Positions 18,499 to 28,353 of a stretch of DNA of 64,000 nucleotides are shown piece after piece (within the stretch, counting starts at the first letter, position 1; each line of letters opens with the position of its first letter). A program made the position numbers and the translations under genes. Source of the stretch: Duganella sp. Lineage in GTDB: Bacteria; Pseudomonadota; Gammaproteobacteria; Burkholderiales; Burkholderiaceae_D. The notes beneath the pieces are model-generated. The model was not told the DNA's origin. It saw nothing but the letters and a program-made list of their open reading frames with translations, and ran no database searches. The stretch is from positions 2,417-66,416 of the forward strand of contig JBEVNE010000342.1 in assembly GCA_040508275.1 (NCBI GenBank), read 5' to 3'.

Positions 18499-19212
18499 AT
18501 GTCAGCCGCCCACATCCTTGTCATTGAACCCCACCGTCCCACCCAGGAATTGATCGCGTTTAACCTTGGCATGGCGGGCCATGCGGTCCGTTGCACGGAG
18601 GATGCCGAAAGCGCCTTGCGATTGATCGGCCAGCGCCTGCCCGACGTGCTGCTGCTGGACTGGAATTTGCCGGGACAGTCCGGCCTGGCGCTGGTGCAGC
18701 GCCTGCGTGCCCATCCGAGTACGCGCGCGCTGCCGCTGATGATGGTGACGGCGCGCGACAGCGAAGCAGACAAGATCATGGCGCTGGAAGGCGGCGCCGA
18801 CGATTACATGACCAAACCGTTCAGCCCGCGTGAAATGCTGGCGCGCGTCCACGCGCTGCTGCGGCGGGCGCCGCAGCACATCATGGCGCTGCCCTCTTCG
18901 CCAGTGCTGGAACAGGACGGCCTGCATCTCGACCCGCACACATTGCGGGTCACCGCCGGCGCCCGCCAACTGGCGCTGGGGCGGCTCGAATTCAAACTGC
19001 TCGATGTACTGATGCGCTGCCCGGGCCGCGTGCACAGCCGCGCCCAGTTGCTCGACCAGGTATGGGGCAACGCTGTCTGCCTGGAAGAGCGCACGGTCGA
19101 TACCCATGTCGGCCGCCTGCGTCACGCCTTGCAGCCGGCCGGCTACCAGCGCCGCATAGAAACCGTGCGCGGCAGTGGTTACCGCTTCGTTGCCGGCGAG
19201 GCATACGCGTGA
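18499..19212 (+). CDS. OmpR/PhoB-family response regulator, PhoB-like paralogue with no adjacent kinase
   Basis: PDVLLLDWNLPGQSG, MVTAR, GADDYMTKPFSPREMLARV, EFKLL...VHSRAQLLDQVWG...ERTVDTHVGRLR...ETVRGSGYRF, all closely PhoB-like. Confidence 0.88.
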   Translation: MSAAHILVIEPHRPTQELIAFNLGMAGHAVRCTEDAESALRLIGQRLPDVLLLDWNLPGQSGLALVQRLRAHPSTRALPLMMVTARDSEADKIMALEGGADDYMTKPFSPREMLARVHALLRRAPQHIMALPSSPVLEQDGLHLDPHTLRVTAGARQLALGRLEFKLLDVLMRCPGRVHSRAQLLDQVWGNAVCLEERTVDTHVGRLRHALQPAGYQRRIETVRGSGYRFVAGEAYA

Positions 19213-20045
19213 TCGGTGTCGATGCGGCGCTGGACCTGAGCCAGCTGGAACAGGAATACCTGCTGCACGCCATGGCCACGGCGCTGGCGGTCGAGCATCC
19301 GCGCCAGTTGTTCCTGTGGAGCCAGGGTCCGCTGCGCGCCTTGCTGCCGCACCAGGTCATGGTGACGCTGGCCTTCGGCCTTGACGACAACGTCTTGCAG
19401 GTCGAGTGCCAGCACAGCGCCGTGCTCGAGCCGGAACTGCGGCGCCGGTTGAGCGATCGGGAGCATGGCCTGGCATTGCGGCTGGTGCGCCATTGCGGCG
19501 CTGCGCTGGCGCTGCCAGTCATGCTCGATGGCGCAGTCGCCACTCCGGCCGCGGCAGGGCAGGGGGCAGGGCAGGCAGCACGACGGGCACTACAGGCGGA
19601 ACTGGCCGAGCTGGGTTTTGCCAACGCCCTGGTGCATGGCAGTGGCAGCGGCCGCCTGCCGGGCGGCGCCAGCGCAGTGGTACTGTTCGGCTTGCCGGAA
19701 AATGGTGCAGAGCAGGCCCGGCGCTACGCCGCAGTGCTGGCGCTGTTGCTGCCGCAGCTGCACTGGGTGTTGCAACGGCTGCTGCAACAGCAAGCCGAGG
19801 CGCGCGCCGTCGTGCTGGCGCGGCCGGTCAGCGCGCGCGAGGCGGAAATTCTGCACTGGGTGCGCGAGGGTAAAAGCAATGACGAGATCGGGCTGATACT
19901 CGGCATCAGCGGCTTGACCGTAAAAAATCATTTGCAACGCCTTTACCGGCTGCTTGGTGTTTCCAACCGTACCCATGCGATTGCCCGCTGCGCGGCCCTG
20001 CGGCTGTTCGAACGGCCGTTGGCGCCACTGGCACGGGCGGCATGA
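19209..20045 (+). CDS. LuxR-family transcriptional regulator, EpsA-like (PEP-CTERM/XrtB-system associated)
   Basis: GTG start overlapping the upstream TGA; QLFLWSQGPLRALLPHQV N-terminus; SAREAEILHWVREGKSNDEIGLILGISGLTVKNHLQRLYRLLGVSNRTHA LuxR HTH. Confidence 0.85.
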   Translation: MIGVDAALDLSQLEQEYLLHAMATALAVEHPRQLFLWSQGPLRALLPHQVMVTLAFGLDDNVLQVECQHSAVLEPELRRRLSDREHGLALRLVRHCGAALALPVMLDGAVATPAAAGQGAGQAARRALQAELAELGFANALVHGSGSGRLPGGASAVVLFGLPENGAEQARRYAAVLALLLPQLHWVLQRLLQQQAEARAVVLARPVSAREAEILHWVREGKSNDEIGLILGISGLTVKNHLQRLYRLLGVSNRTHAIARCAALRLFERPLAPLARAA

Positions 20046-20173
20046 CAACACCGGGCGCCTGCCGCTGGTGTGGTCGATGAAAAAAGGTTGTCTTCCATGC
20101 AAACCACATGGTAGCCTTGGTGGTATCAAGCAACGCAACAAGTAATACAGCCAGTAAGGCAAGGAGTAGTTGG

Positions 20174-20635
20174 ATGGAAGTAGCAAAGAATCGCGTGCAG
20201 GCGGTGGCCCACGAAGCCAGCCGTAAGGCACGGGCAGGTGGTTTTACTCTGCTTGAACTTCTGGTGGTCATCGTCATCATCGGTTTATTGGCGGCCTACG
20301 TGGGCCCCAAATATTTTTCGCAACTGGGCAAATCCGAAGTCACCATCGCCCGCGCGCAAATCGATGGCCTGGAAAAATCGCTCGACACCTACCGGCTCGA
20401 TGTTGGCCGTTATCCGACCACCGAGGAAGGCCTGAACGCGCTGGTGGTGGCGCCGCCTACGGCAGGCGCCAAGTGGAATGGTCCCTACCTGAAAAAAGCG
20501 GTGCCGCCCGATCCCTGGGGCCATCCATACCAGTACAAATCGCCGGGCACCAAGTCCGAGTTCGAGATTATCTCGCTGGGCCGCGACGGCCAGCCCGGCG
20601 GCAGCGGCGATAACGCCGACATCGTTTCCCCATAA
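20174..20635 (+). CDS. gspG: Type II secretion major pseudopilin
   Basis: G|FTLLELLVV class III signal; LDTYRLDVGRYPTTEEGLNAL, WNGPYL, DPWGHPYQY, SLGRDGQPGG; AAGGAG RBS. Confidence 0.93.
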   Translation: MEVAKNRVQAVAHEASRKARAGGFTLLELLVVIVIIGLLAAYVGPKYFSQLGKSEVTIARAQIDGLEKSLDTYRLDVGRYPTTEEGLNALVVAPPTAGAKWNGPYLKKAVPPDPWGHPYQYKSPGTKSEFEIISLGRDGQPGGSGDNADIVSP

Positions 20636-20677
20636 GCGACCCATCCTCGCGCACAGCCACGGAAGGCCGCCTTACTC

Positions 20678-21868
20678 ATGCAGTTCGACGTACGCACTTT
20701 GTCGGCCGACATGGTCATCTCCCATCTGCTGGTCGATGGCCGCGACGAGGCCGACGCCCGCCGCCAGGTCGAGGCGCGCGGCCTGTTCGTCAGCGCCATT
20801 GCGCCGGTGCGCGCAGGCGTTGTCGGGCGCGCCGGACAGCGCCGTGTACTGTCGCTGGTGCTGTTCAGCCAGGAGCTGCTGGCGCTGCTGACGGCCGGCC
20901 TTGGCATCGTCGAGGGGCTGGAAGCGCTGCTGGAAAAAGAAGCCAGCCCGGCTACCCGCAGCGTGCTCGAGCGGCTGCTGGCGGGCTTGCGCGAAGGCCA
21001 GCGTTTTTCCGCCGTGCTGGCCGAGCAGCCCGACCTGTTTCCACCGCTGTACATCGGCATCGTCAAGGCTGCCGAAGGCACCTCGGACCTGCCGCGCGCG
21101 CTGGCGCGCTTTATCGATTACCAGCAGCGCATCGACCTGGTGCGCGGCAAGCTCATATCGGCCGCCATCTATCCGTGCATCCTGCTGCTGGTCGGCGGTG
21201 GTGTCAGCATGTTCCTGATCGGCTATGTGGTGCCGCGCTTTGCCGAGGTATACCAGGGCGCTGGCCGCGATCTGCCGTGGTTGTCGCAGCAGATGCTGAA
21301 CTGGGGGCAGTTCGCCAGCCAGCATACCGGCCTGCTGCTGGCGGCGATTGCGCTGGTGCTGGGCGCGCTGGTGCTCGGTGTGCGGCGTACGCTGCGCAGC
21401 GGCGGCGTGGTGCGCTTGCTCGGCCGCCTGCCTGCCATCGGCGAGCGCGTGCGCATCTATGAGCTGTCGCGGCTGTATCTGACGCTGGGCATGCTCAGCG
21501 AAGGCGGCATCACCATCGTGCACGCCATCGAAACGGTGCAGGGCATGGTGTCCAGCGGCCTGCGCCAGCATTTGCAGGCCGCGCGTGCCGACATCGAAGC
21601 GGGCCAGCCGCTGTCGGCGGCGTTTGAAGCGCACCAGCTGACCACGCCGATTTCGCTGCGCATGCTGCGCGTGGGCGAACGCACGGGCGACATGGGACCG
21701 ATGCTGACGCAATCGGCGGCTTTTTATGATGGCGAAATTTCGCGCTGGATCGAGCGCTTCACGCGTACTTTCGAACCGCTGCTGATGGCCGGCATCGGCC
21801 TGATCGTTGGCGCCATCGTGGTGCTGCTGTATATGCCGATCTTCGATCTGGCGGGAGACATGTCATGA
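20678..21868 (+). CDS. gspF: Type II secretion inner-membrane platform protein (GspF/PilC family)
   Basis: FSQELLALLTAGL, AAIYP, MLRVGERTG, EPLLM...LYMPIFDL repeats. Confidence 0.92.
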   Translation: MQFDVRTLSADMVISHLLVDGRDEADARRQVEARGLFVSAIAPVRAGVVGRAGQRRVLSLVLFSQELLALLTAGLGIVEGLEALLEKEASPATRSVLERLLAGLREGQRFSAVLAEQPDLFPPLYIGIVKAAEGTSDLPRALARFIDYQQRIDLVRGKLISAAIYPCILLLVGGGVSMFLIGYVVPRFAEVYQGAGRDLPWLSQQMLNWGQFASQHTGLLLAAIALVLGALVLGVRRTLRSGGVVRLLGRLPAIGERVRIYELSRLYLTLGMLSEGGITIVHAIETVQGMVSSGLRQHLQAARADIEAGQPLSAAFEAHQLTTPISLRMLRVGERTGDMGPMLTQSAAFYDGEISRWIERFTRTFEPLLMAGIGLIVGAIVVLLYMPIFDLAGDMS

Positions 21869-23628
21869 TGGCTGATAATTCAGCGTATTACCGGAACGAC
21901 GCTGGCCAGGACAATGACGATGCTCAGGACTTGACGCTCGACGAGGCAGTGATTGCCCGCGCGCGCCACCTGCGCCAGCAATCGAAGCGCACGCTGGTCG
22001 AGGAGCTCGAAGGGCTGACCGGCGCCGAGCCGCGCCTGCTGGTGCGCGCGCTGGCGCAGGTGCTGGACCTGGAGATGATGGAAACAGCCGACATGCTGGC
22101 CTGTGCGCCGGCGTTCGAGCTGTTGCCGCTGTCACAGGCCATGGCGCGCCACTGCGTGCTGCTGCGGGTATTGCCCGACGCGGCGCGGGGCATTGCCGAA
22201 CAGCTGGTGGGCGTGATTGCCGACCCCTTCAACCTCGACCTGCAAACCTGGCTCGGCACGCAGGCGCGCGCCACCCCGCTGGCGCCGCTGGCGTTCAGGC
22301 TGGCGCTGCAGGCCGATATCCAGGCGTATTTATCCAAGCAGGAGGAATCGGCGCGCGCCACCGATACGCTGCTGCCCGGCGCCAGCGAGGGCCGGCGCGA
22401 CGGCAAGACCGCCGCCGTGCTGTCGTTTGCCTCGGTCTCGGAAGCGGCCAGCCCCGCCGTGCGGCTGGTCAATTCCACGCTGTACGACGCGCTCAAGGCG
22501 GGCGCCTCCGACATCCACCTGGAAAGCACGGCTGGCGGCCTGGCCGTCAAGTACCGCGTGGACGGCGTGCTCGATCACGCCACCGCCGTCAATGGCATCG
22601 AGGTGGCCGAACAGATCATCTCGCGCCTGAAGGTGCTGGCCGAACTCGATATCGCCGAGCGCCGCGTGCCGCAGGACGGCAGCTTCCGGGTGGAAGCGAA
22701 CGGCCGCGAAATCGACCTGCGCGTATCGATCATGCCCAGCATTCATGGTGAAGATGCGGTGATCCGGATTCTCGACAAGCGCGCCATGATCGAAGCCTAC
22801 GGCGCGCTCACGCTCGAAGCGCTGGGCTTTGATGCGCCGTCGCTGGAAAGCCTGCGCGTGCTGGCGCGCGAAGCCTATGGCATGCTGCTGGTGACCGGGC
22901 CGACCGGCTCTGGCAAGACCACCACGCTGTATGCGGCGCTGACCGAAATCCACAACGGCCGCGAAAAAATCATCACCATCGAAGACCCGGTCGAGTATCA
23001 ATTGCCGGGCATTCTGCAAATTCCCGTCAACGAAAAAAAGGGCCTGACCTTTGCCAAGGGTTTGCGCTCGATCCTGCGCCACGACCCGGACAAGATCATG
23101 GTCGGTGAAATCCGCGACCGCGAAACGGCGGAAATCGCCGTGCAGTCGGCGCTGACCGGCCACCTGGTGCTGACCACCGTGCACGCCAATAATGTGTTCG
23201 ACGTGTTCGGCCGGTTTACCCACATGGGTATCGACCCCTATGCTTTTGTATCGGCCCTCAACGGCATCTGGGCTCAGCGCCTGGTGCGCATCAACTGCCC
23301 GCATTGCGCCGCGCCCTATACGCCGGACGACCAGGAGCTGGCCAGCGTTGGCCTGAGCAGGGCCGAGGCCCGGGACTACCTGTTCATGCAGGGTGCGGGC
23401 TGCGGCGATTGCCGCGGCACCGGCTACAAGGGACGCCGTTCGATCGCAGAAATTCTCACGCTGAACGATGAAATCCGCGAGCTCATCGTCGACAAGCGGC
23501 CGATCCGCCAGATCAAGCAGGCGGCGCACGCCAATGGCACGCGCAGCCTGCGCATGGCGGCGCTGGAAGTGGTCAAGCGCGGCGGCACCACGCTCAGCGA
23601 AATCAAACGGGTGACCCTGCATGCGTAG
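21865..23628 (+). CDS. gspE: Type II secretion ATPase (GspE/PulE family)
   Basis: ASDIHLE, DIAERRVPQDG, GPTGSGKTTTLY (Walker A), TIEDPVEY, LRHDPDKIMVGEIRD, TGHLVLTTVHAN, CPHC...CGDC zinc motif. Confidence 0.95.
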   Translation: MMADNSAYYRNDAGQDNDDAQDLTLDEAVIARARHLRQQSKRTLVEELEGLTGAEPRLLVRALAQVLDLEMMETADMLACAPAFELLPLSQAMARHCVLLRVLPDAARGIAEQLVGVIADPFNLDLQTWLGTQARATPLAPLAFRLALQADIQAYLSKQEESARATDTLLPGASEGRRDGKTAAVLSFASVSEAASPAVRLVNSTLYDALKAGASDIHLESTAGGLAVKYRVDGVLDHATAVNGIEVAEQIISRLKVLAELDIAERRVPQDGSFRVEANGREIDLRVSIMPSIHGEDAVIRILDKRAMIEAYGALTLEALGFDAPSLESLRVLAREAYGMLLVTGPTGSGKTTTLYAALTEIHNGREKIITIEDPVEYQLPGILQIPVNEKKGLTFAKGLRSILRHDPDKIMVGEIRDRETAEIAVQSALTGHLVLTTVHANNVFDVFGRFTHMGIDPYAFVSALNGIWAQRLVRINCPHCAAPYTPDDQELASVGLSRAEARDYLFMQGAGCGDCRGTGYKGRRSIAEILTLNDEIRELIVDKRPIRQIKQAAHANGTRSLRMAALEVVKRGGTTLSEIKRVTLHA

Positions 23629-24463
23629 AACCATCGGACAATCGCTGCGCATCGGTATCGCGCCCCACGCGGTCAGCCTGCTGCGCGTCAGCCGCTGGCG
23701 CGGCGAGGCCGTCACGGTGCTGGCCGAACACGCCATCACGCCCTCGGCCGCCCATCCATTCGACGCCATCGCCAGCGCCCTGCGCGCGCTGCTCGGTGAA
23801 CAGCAACTGGCCGGCTGGCCGGCGGCGCTGGTACTGGCCGACGAACTGGTGCGCCTGTGGCGCGTGACGCCGCCGCCCGGCGCCACCCGCCTCGATGATC
23901 TGGAAGCGGCGGCCGGCCTGCGCTTCCAGGCCCTGTATGGCGAAGCGCCGACCGCGTGGAATATCAGCGCCGACTGGGATGCGGCGCAACCGTTCTTTGC
24001 CGCCGCCGTGCCGCGCGCTTTATTGGCATCGTTGCAGGCGGTAGCGGACGACTGCAAACTGTCCATCGTCGGCATCGAGCCGCACTGTATCGCCGCCTGG
24101 AACCGCTGGCGCCGCGATATCAAACCGGGCGCGTGGTTTGCACTGGTCCATGAACAATTGCTGACGCTGGCGCCGCTCGACGCTGGCGGCCTGCGCGCCG
24201 TGCGCACGCTGCCCTTGCCACCGTCGGCTGACGCCGATCCGGCCTGGCTGACGCAAACGCTGCGGCGCGAGGCGCTGCTGCTCGATATGGCGGCGCCCAC
24301 GCTGCTGCAGGCCTGCGGCGCGTTGCCGCCGGGATGGGCGCGCACCGCCGACGCGCCGGGACTGATTGCCTGCGAAGCGCTTGATCAGGCAGGGCGGAAG
24401 GGCGCTGCGCTGGTCACGCCCCTGTCGGGCATGGCGCGGCTGGCGCTGGGAGGGGCAGCATGA
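23621..24463 (+). CDS. Putative PilM/GspL-like cytoplasmic assembly protein
   Basis: Operon position between the ATPase and the PilN-like gene; overlapping starts/stops; no TM segment. Fold inferred from synteny only. Confidence 0.6.
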   Translation: MRRTIGQSLRIGIAPHAVSLLRVSRWRGEAVTVLAEHAITPSAAHPFDAIASALRALLGEQQLAGWPAALVLADELVRLWRVTPPPGATRLDDLEAAAGLRFQALYGEAPTAWNISADWDAAQPFFAAAVPRALLASLQAVADDCKLSIVGIEPHCIAAWNRWRRDIKPGAWFALVHEQLLTLAPLDAGGLRAVRTLPLPPSADADPAWLTQTLRREALLLDMAAPTLLQACGALPPGWARTADAPGLIACEALDQAGRKGAALVTPLSGMARLALGGAA

Positions 24464-25011
24464 AGCAGCGTCCGATACGGATCGACTTTGCGCCACGCAG
24501 CGTGCGCCGCACGCTGTTCCACGCCCATCCGGCCGCGCTGGCGCTGGGTGCGCTGGGTCTGGTGCTGTGCCTGAGCGCCGCCTTTGGCGCCAGCGCGCTG
24601 GTGGAGCGCCAGCGCGAGCGCGCGCAGCAGGAGCGGCGCCTGCAGGAGCGCGTGGCGGCGCTGTCACAGCGCCCGGTGCAGGTGGCCAGGGTGGAGATAC
24701 CCGAGGCCCAGGCCAGTTTCGTCAATAGCGCCATTTTGCAACTGAACCTGCCGTGGCGCACGCTGCAGGACGCCGTGGCGGCGGCCACCCCGCGCACGGT
24801 GGCGCTGGTGTCGCTGGAGCCTGACGCGCGCAAGCAGATATTGAAAATCACCGCGGAGACCCGCTCCAGCGACGACATGGTGGACTACGTGGCGGCACTC
24901 AAGCAGCAGGAGACTTTCAGCACGGTCACGCTGACGCGCCATGACGTGCAGGATGCCGATCCGAACCGGCCTTTGCGCTTTCAACTGGAGGCCGCATGGC
25001 TAAGGCCTTGA
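24460..25011 (+). CDS. PilN-domain protein
   Basis: IRIDFA N-terminus (PilN INLLP-like), TM helix, coiled coil, PWRTLQDAV, VALVSLEPD...LKITAE, PLRFQLEAAW. Confidence 0.75.
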   Translation: MKQRPIRIDFAPRSVRRTLFHAHPAALALGALGLVLCLSAAFGASALVERQRERAQQERRLQERVAALSQRPVQVARVEIPEAQASFVNSAILQLNLPWRTLQDAVAAATPRTVALVSLEPDARKQILKITAETRSSDDMVDYVAALKQQETFSTVTLTRHDVQDADPNRPLRFQLEAAWLRP

Positions 25012-25586
25012 GCAAGATCGATAGCAAACTTGACGCTGGCGCCGTGCAGGCGCTGGTGCTGCGTGCGCGGCTGGCGCTGGCGCGCCTGGGTTTGCCTGCA
25101 TGCCTGGCGCTGGCCTTGTGCCTGGCAGGTGCGGCTGCCTGGGCCTGGCTGCTGCCGCAGCGTGCGGCACAGGCGCAGCGCCTTGCGCAACCGTTGCCGT
25201 CGCCAGCCACGCTGGTGGCGGCAGCGGCGCCCACGCCGCCTTCGGCCAACCAGAACCTGGCCGACTTTTATGCCGTGCTGGGCGAGCGCCGTCATGCCGA
25301 ACAGCAGGTCCGGGTATTGTTCGACCTGGCAGCCAAATCGGGCCTGGCGCTGAACCTGGGCGAATACAAGGCGTCGTATGACAAGGCCAGCCGGGTGGAG
25401 GCTTACCAGATCACCCTGCCGGTAAAAGGGCCGTACCCGGCGCTGTGGCAGTTTGCCATTCAGGTGCTGCGCGATATGCCCAATGCCGCGCTTGACGATA
25501 TCAGCCTGCGGCGCGATAGCATCGGCGACCCGCAGGTGGAAGCGCGCTTGCGCTATACGCTGTATCTGCAGGATGGTGCACCATGA
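24996..25586 (+). CDS. PilO/GspM-like bitopic protein
   Basis: TM helix, then LFDLAAKSGL, YQITLPVKGPYPALWQF, LDDISLRR, EARLRYTLYL. Alternative start TTG 25008. Confidence 0.7.
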   Translation: MAKALSKIDSKLDAGAVQALVLRARLALARLGLPACLALALCLAGAAAWAWLLPQRAAQAQRLAQPLPSPATLVAAAAPTPPSANQNLADFYAVLGERRHAEQQVRVLFDLAAKSGLALNLGEYKASYDKASRVEAYQITLPVKGPYPALWQFAIQVLRDMPNAALDDISLRRDSIGDPQVEARLRYTLYLQDGAP

Positions 25587-26149
25587 AGCCCTATCAGATC
25601 GCCATGGCGCTGGCGCTGGCTGGAGCGGCCGGCTTGCTGGTGTTCGGTGATAACGCGCCGGTCTCGGACATTGCCGAGCCGGTGCAGCGCGCTGAAAGGC
25701 AGGCGGCCGCCGACACGCCAGCCGCGCGCAGCGGCCGCAGGGAAGACGATAAAAGCGCTGCCGGGCAGGCCATCATCATGCGCCTGATACCGCGCGCCGA
25801 GCTGGTGGGCGAGGCTGGCGACCCGGCATTTGGTGCAGGCGAAGGCCTGTTCCAGGGCCAGAACTGGAACCCGCCGCCACCGGCGCCAACGGCGGCGCAG
25901 CAGGCTGCCGCCAATGCGGCGCCACCCCCACCGGTGGCGCCGCCGGTGCCGTATAACTACTTCGGCAAGGCGGTGCAGGACGGCGCCTGGGAAGTGTATC
26001 TGGCGCGCGGTGACAAAACCTACGTGGTGCGCAGCCAGAGCGTGATCGACGGCGCCTACCGGGTCGAACGCATCGTGCCGCCGCTGCTGACCCTGACCTA
26101 CCTGCCGTTGAATCAGGTACAACAGATTAATATTGGAGCAATCGACTGA
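25583..26149 (+). CDS. PilP/GspC-like Pro-rich periplasmic linker protein
   Basis: N-terminal hydrophobic anchor, Pro-rich linker, PVPYNYFGK...VYLARG...VIDGAYRVERI beta domain; directly precedes the secretin. Confidence 0.65.
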   Translation: MKPYQIAMALALAGAAGLLVFGDNAPVSDIAEPVQRAERQAAADTPAARSGRREDDKSAAGQAIIMRLIPRAELVGEAGDPAFGAGEGLFQGQNWNPPPPAPTAAQQAAANAAPPPPVAPPVPYNYFGKAVQDGAWEVYLARGDKTYVVRSQSVIDGAYRVERIVPPLLTLTYLPLNQVQQINIGAID

Positions 26150-28320
26150 TGGCGAGTCATCTGAAACACCTGGGCCGGCGGGCCGCTTTACCGACCTTAT
26201 TGCCTGCCTTGCTGGCATTGGCGCTGGCCGGCTGCGCCGGACAGACCGCCTTCCGCGAAGGTAATACGCTGCTGGCGCAGGACCAGCTGGAAGCGGGCCT
26301 GCTCAAGTACCAGCAGGCGGTGAAAGCGGAACCGGGCAATGCCGAGTACCGCAAAGCTTATTTGCAGGCCCGCGACCGCGCCACCCAGCGCTTGATCGCC
26401 GAGGCCGAACGCCAACTGGCGGACGGCCAGCCGGAACTGGCCGAGCCGGGCTTGCGCCGTGTGCTGGCGCTGGACCCTGCCAACGAGCGCGCCCGCGCCG
26501 GCCTGCGCGCGATCGAACGCGCGCAGCGCCACGACAAGCTGCTGGCGGCCGCCGACGAACATGCGGCCCGTGGCGAACATGAACTGGCGCGGCAAAAACT
26601 CAACCTGATATTGACGGAAGCGCCATCTAACGACAAGGCGCGCACGCGGCTGCGCGAGGCGACCGAAAAGCTGGCGGCGCCGGCGGCCGAATCGGGCCTG
26701 GCCAAGTCGTACAAGCAGCCGATCACGATCGAATTCCGCGACGCGCCACTGAAGCAGGTGTTCGAGGTGATTTCGCGCCGCTCGAACCTGAACTTCGTCT
26801 TCGACAAGGATGTGAAAACCGACCAGCGCACCACGGTGCTGCTGCGTAACAGCACGGTCGAATCGGCGATTTACTTCCTGCTGCTGACCAACCAGCTCGA
26901 GCAGCAGGTGATGGACGCCAACACCATCCTGATTTACCCGAACACGGCGGCCAAGCAGAAGGAATACCAGGAAATGACGGTCAAGACCTTCTACCTGGCC
27001 AATGCCGACGCCAAGCAGGTGGCCAATACGCTCAAGACCATCCTGAAAACGCGCGACGTCGTGATCGATGAAAAGCTCAACCTGGTCATCGTCCGCGACA
27101 ACCCCGAAGCGATTCGCCTGGCCGAGCGCCTGATCGCCACCCAGGACATGCCGGAAGCGGAAGTCATGCTGGAGGTGGAAATCCTCGAAGTCAAACGCAG
27201 CTCGCTGATGAACCTCGGTGTGCAGTGGCCGACCAGTATCGGCCTGTCCACGCTGTCGAGCGTGGGCGGTGACAATGTGACCGTACGCGATCTGCGCGAG
27301 CTGAACCCGGACACCATCCTGCTTTCCGGTATCGGCGCCTCGATCAATGCCAACAAGACCGATACCGACTCCAACCTTCTGGCCAACCCGCGCATCCGGG
27401 TGCGCAACAAGCAGAAAGCCAGCGTGCTGATCGGCGACAAGCTGCCGGTGGTGACCACTACCGTCTCGTCGGGCGTCGGCGGCTTTGCCAGCGATAACGT
27501 CACCTATGTCGATGTCGGTCTGACGCTCAAGGTGGAGCCGACCATATACCTCAACGACGAGGTGGCAATCAAGGTGGAGCTGGAAGTGAGCAATCTGGTC
27601 AACACGCTCACCACGCGCAACGGCGGCACCGCCTACCAGATCGGCACGCGCCAGGCTTCCACCGTGCTGCAATTGAAGGACGGCGAAAACCAGGTGCTGG
27701 CGGGGCTGATCAACAGCGAAGAGCGCGGCACCGGCAACAAGATACCGGGCGCCGGCGATATACCGATCCTCGGCCGCCTGTTCGGCGCCCAGCGCGACGA
27801 CAGCCAGAAAACCGAGATCGTGCTGTCGATTACGCCGCGCCTGATCCGCAATGTGCAGCGCCCGGAGGCCAGCGTGTCGGAGTTCTCTGCCGGGACCGAA
27901 GCGAGCTTCCGCCGCCGGCCCGACATGAGCGCCCGGCCAGCAGTGCAGATGCCGGCCTTGCCCGGCGCGCAGGGTGGCCAGGGTGGACAGCCGGGCCAGG
28001 GCAATCGTCCCGCTGCAGCGACTACCGCGCCAGTGCTGCTGGCGCCGCCGCCTGCACCAGCGCCTGCGCCTGAGCCGCCAGCGCACAGCATGCAGGGCGG
28101 CGCGCCTCGCCTTGTACCGTTGCCGCCGCAGACCGATACTGGCACACCGGCTGCAAAAGCAGAACCGCAAGCGGAAGCGCCGCCGGCCAGCGCGCCCACG
28201 CCGCCGCCGGAAGACAATATCCCGGCTATCCCGCCGCCGGTGCAGGATGTGCCGCTGTCGCGCGGCCAGCCGGCGCCGCTGCCGGCATCGCAGGGCCAGC
28301 CGCGGCCCGTGCAGCAATAG
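26149..28320 (+). CDS. gspD: Secretin (GspD-like) with lipoprotein signal, N-terminal TPR-like repeats and a Pro-rich C-terminal tail
   Basis: LAGC lipobox; ITIEFRDAPLKQVF; EVMLEVEILEV; LLANPRIRVRN; YVDVGLTLKVEP; LKDGENQVLAGLI; IPGAGDIPILGRLF; KTEIVLSITPRLI. Confidence 0.92.
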   Translation: MASHLKHLGRRAALPTLLPALLALALAGCAGQTAFREGNTLLAQDQLEAGLLKYQQAVKAEPGNAEYRKAYLQARDRATQRLIAEAERQLADGQPELAEPGLRRVLALDPANERARAGLRAIERAQRHDKLLAAADEHAARGEHELARQKLNLILTEAPSNDKARTRLREATEKLAAPAAESGLAKSYKQPITIEFRDAPLKQVFEVISRRSNLNFVFDKDVKTDQRTTVLLRNSTVESAIYFLLLTNQLEQQVMDANTILIYPNTAAKQKEYQEMTVKTFYLANADAKQVANTLKTILKTRDVVIDEKLNLVIVRDNPEAIRLAERLIATQDMPEAEVMLEVEILEVKRSSLMNLGVQWPTSIGLSTLSSVGGDNVTVRDLRELNPDTILLSGIGASINANKTDTDSNLLANPRIRVRNKQKASVLIGDKLPVVTTTVSSGVGGFASDNVTYVDVGLTLKVEPTIYLNDEVAIKVELEVSNLVNTLTTRNGGTAYQIGTRQASTVLQLKDGENQVLAGLINSEERGTGNKIPGAGDIPILGRLFGAQRDDSQKTEIVLSITPRLIRNVQRPEASVSEFSAGTEASFRRRPDMSARPAVQMPALPGAQGGQGGQPGQGNRPAAATTAPVLLAPPPAPAPAPEPPAHSMQGGAPRLVPLPPQTDTGTPAAKAEPQAEAPPASAPTPPPEDNIPAIPPPVQDVPLSRGQPAPLPASQGQPRPVQQ

Positions 28321-28353
28321 CGGCAGGTGGCGCCAATGGCAAGGACGACCGGC

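Noticed and set aside
18499-19212. Calling this gene the housekeeping phoB
   Set aside because: No phoR, phoU or pst neighbours, and both the acidic pocket and the recognition helix deviate; symbol withheld.
20120-20140. Sigma54 promoter for the secretion operon (TGGTAT...ACGCA)
   Set aside because: GG-to-GC spacing is 11 nt, not 10, and the -12 element is poor.
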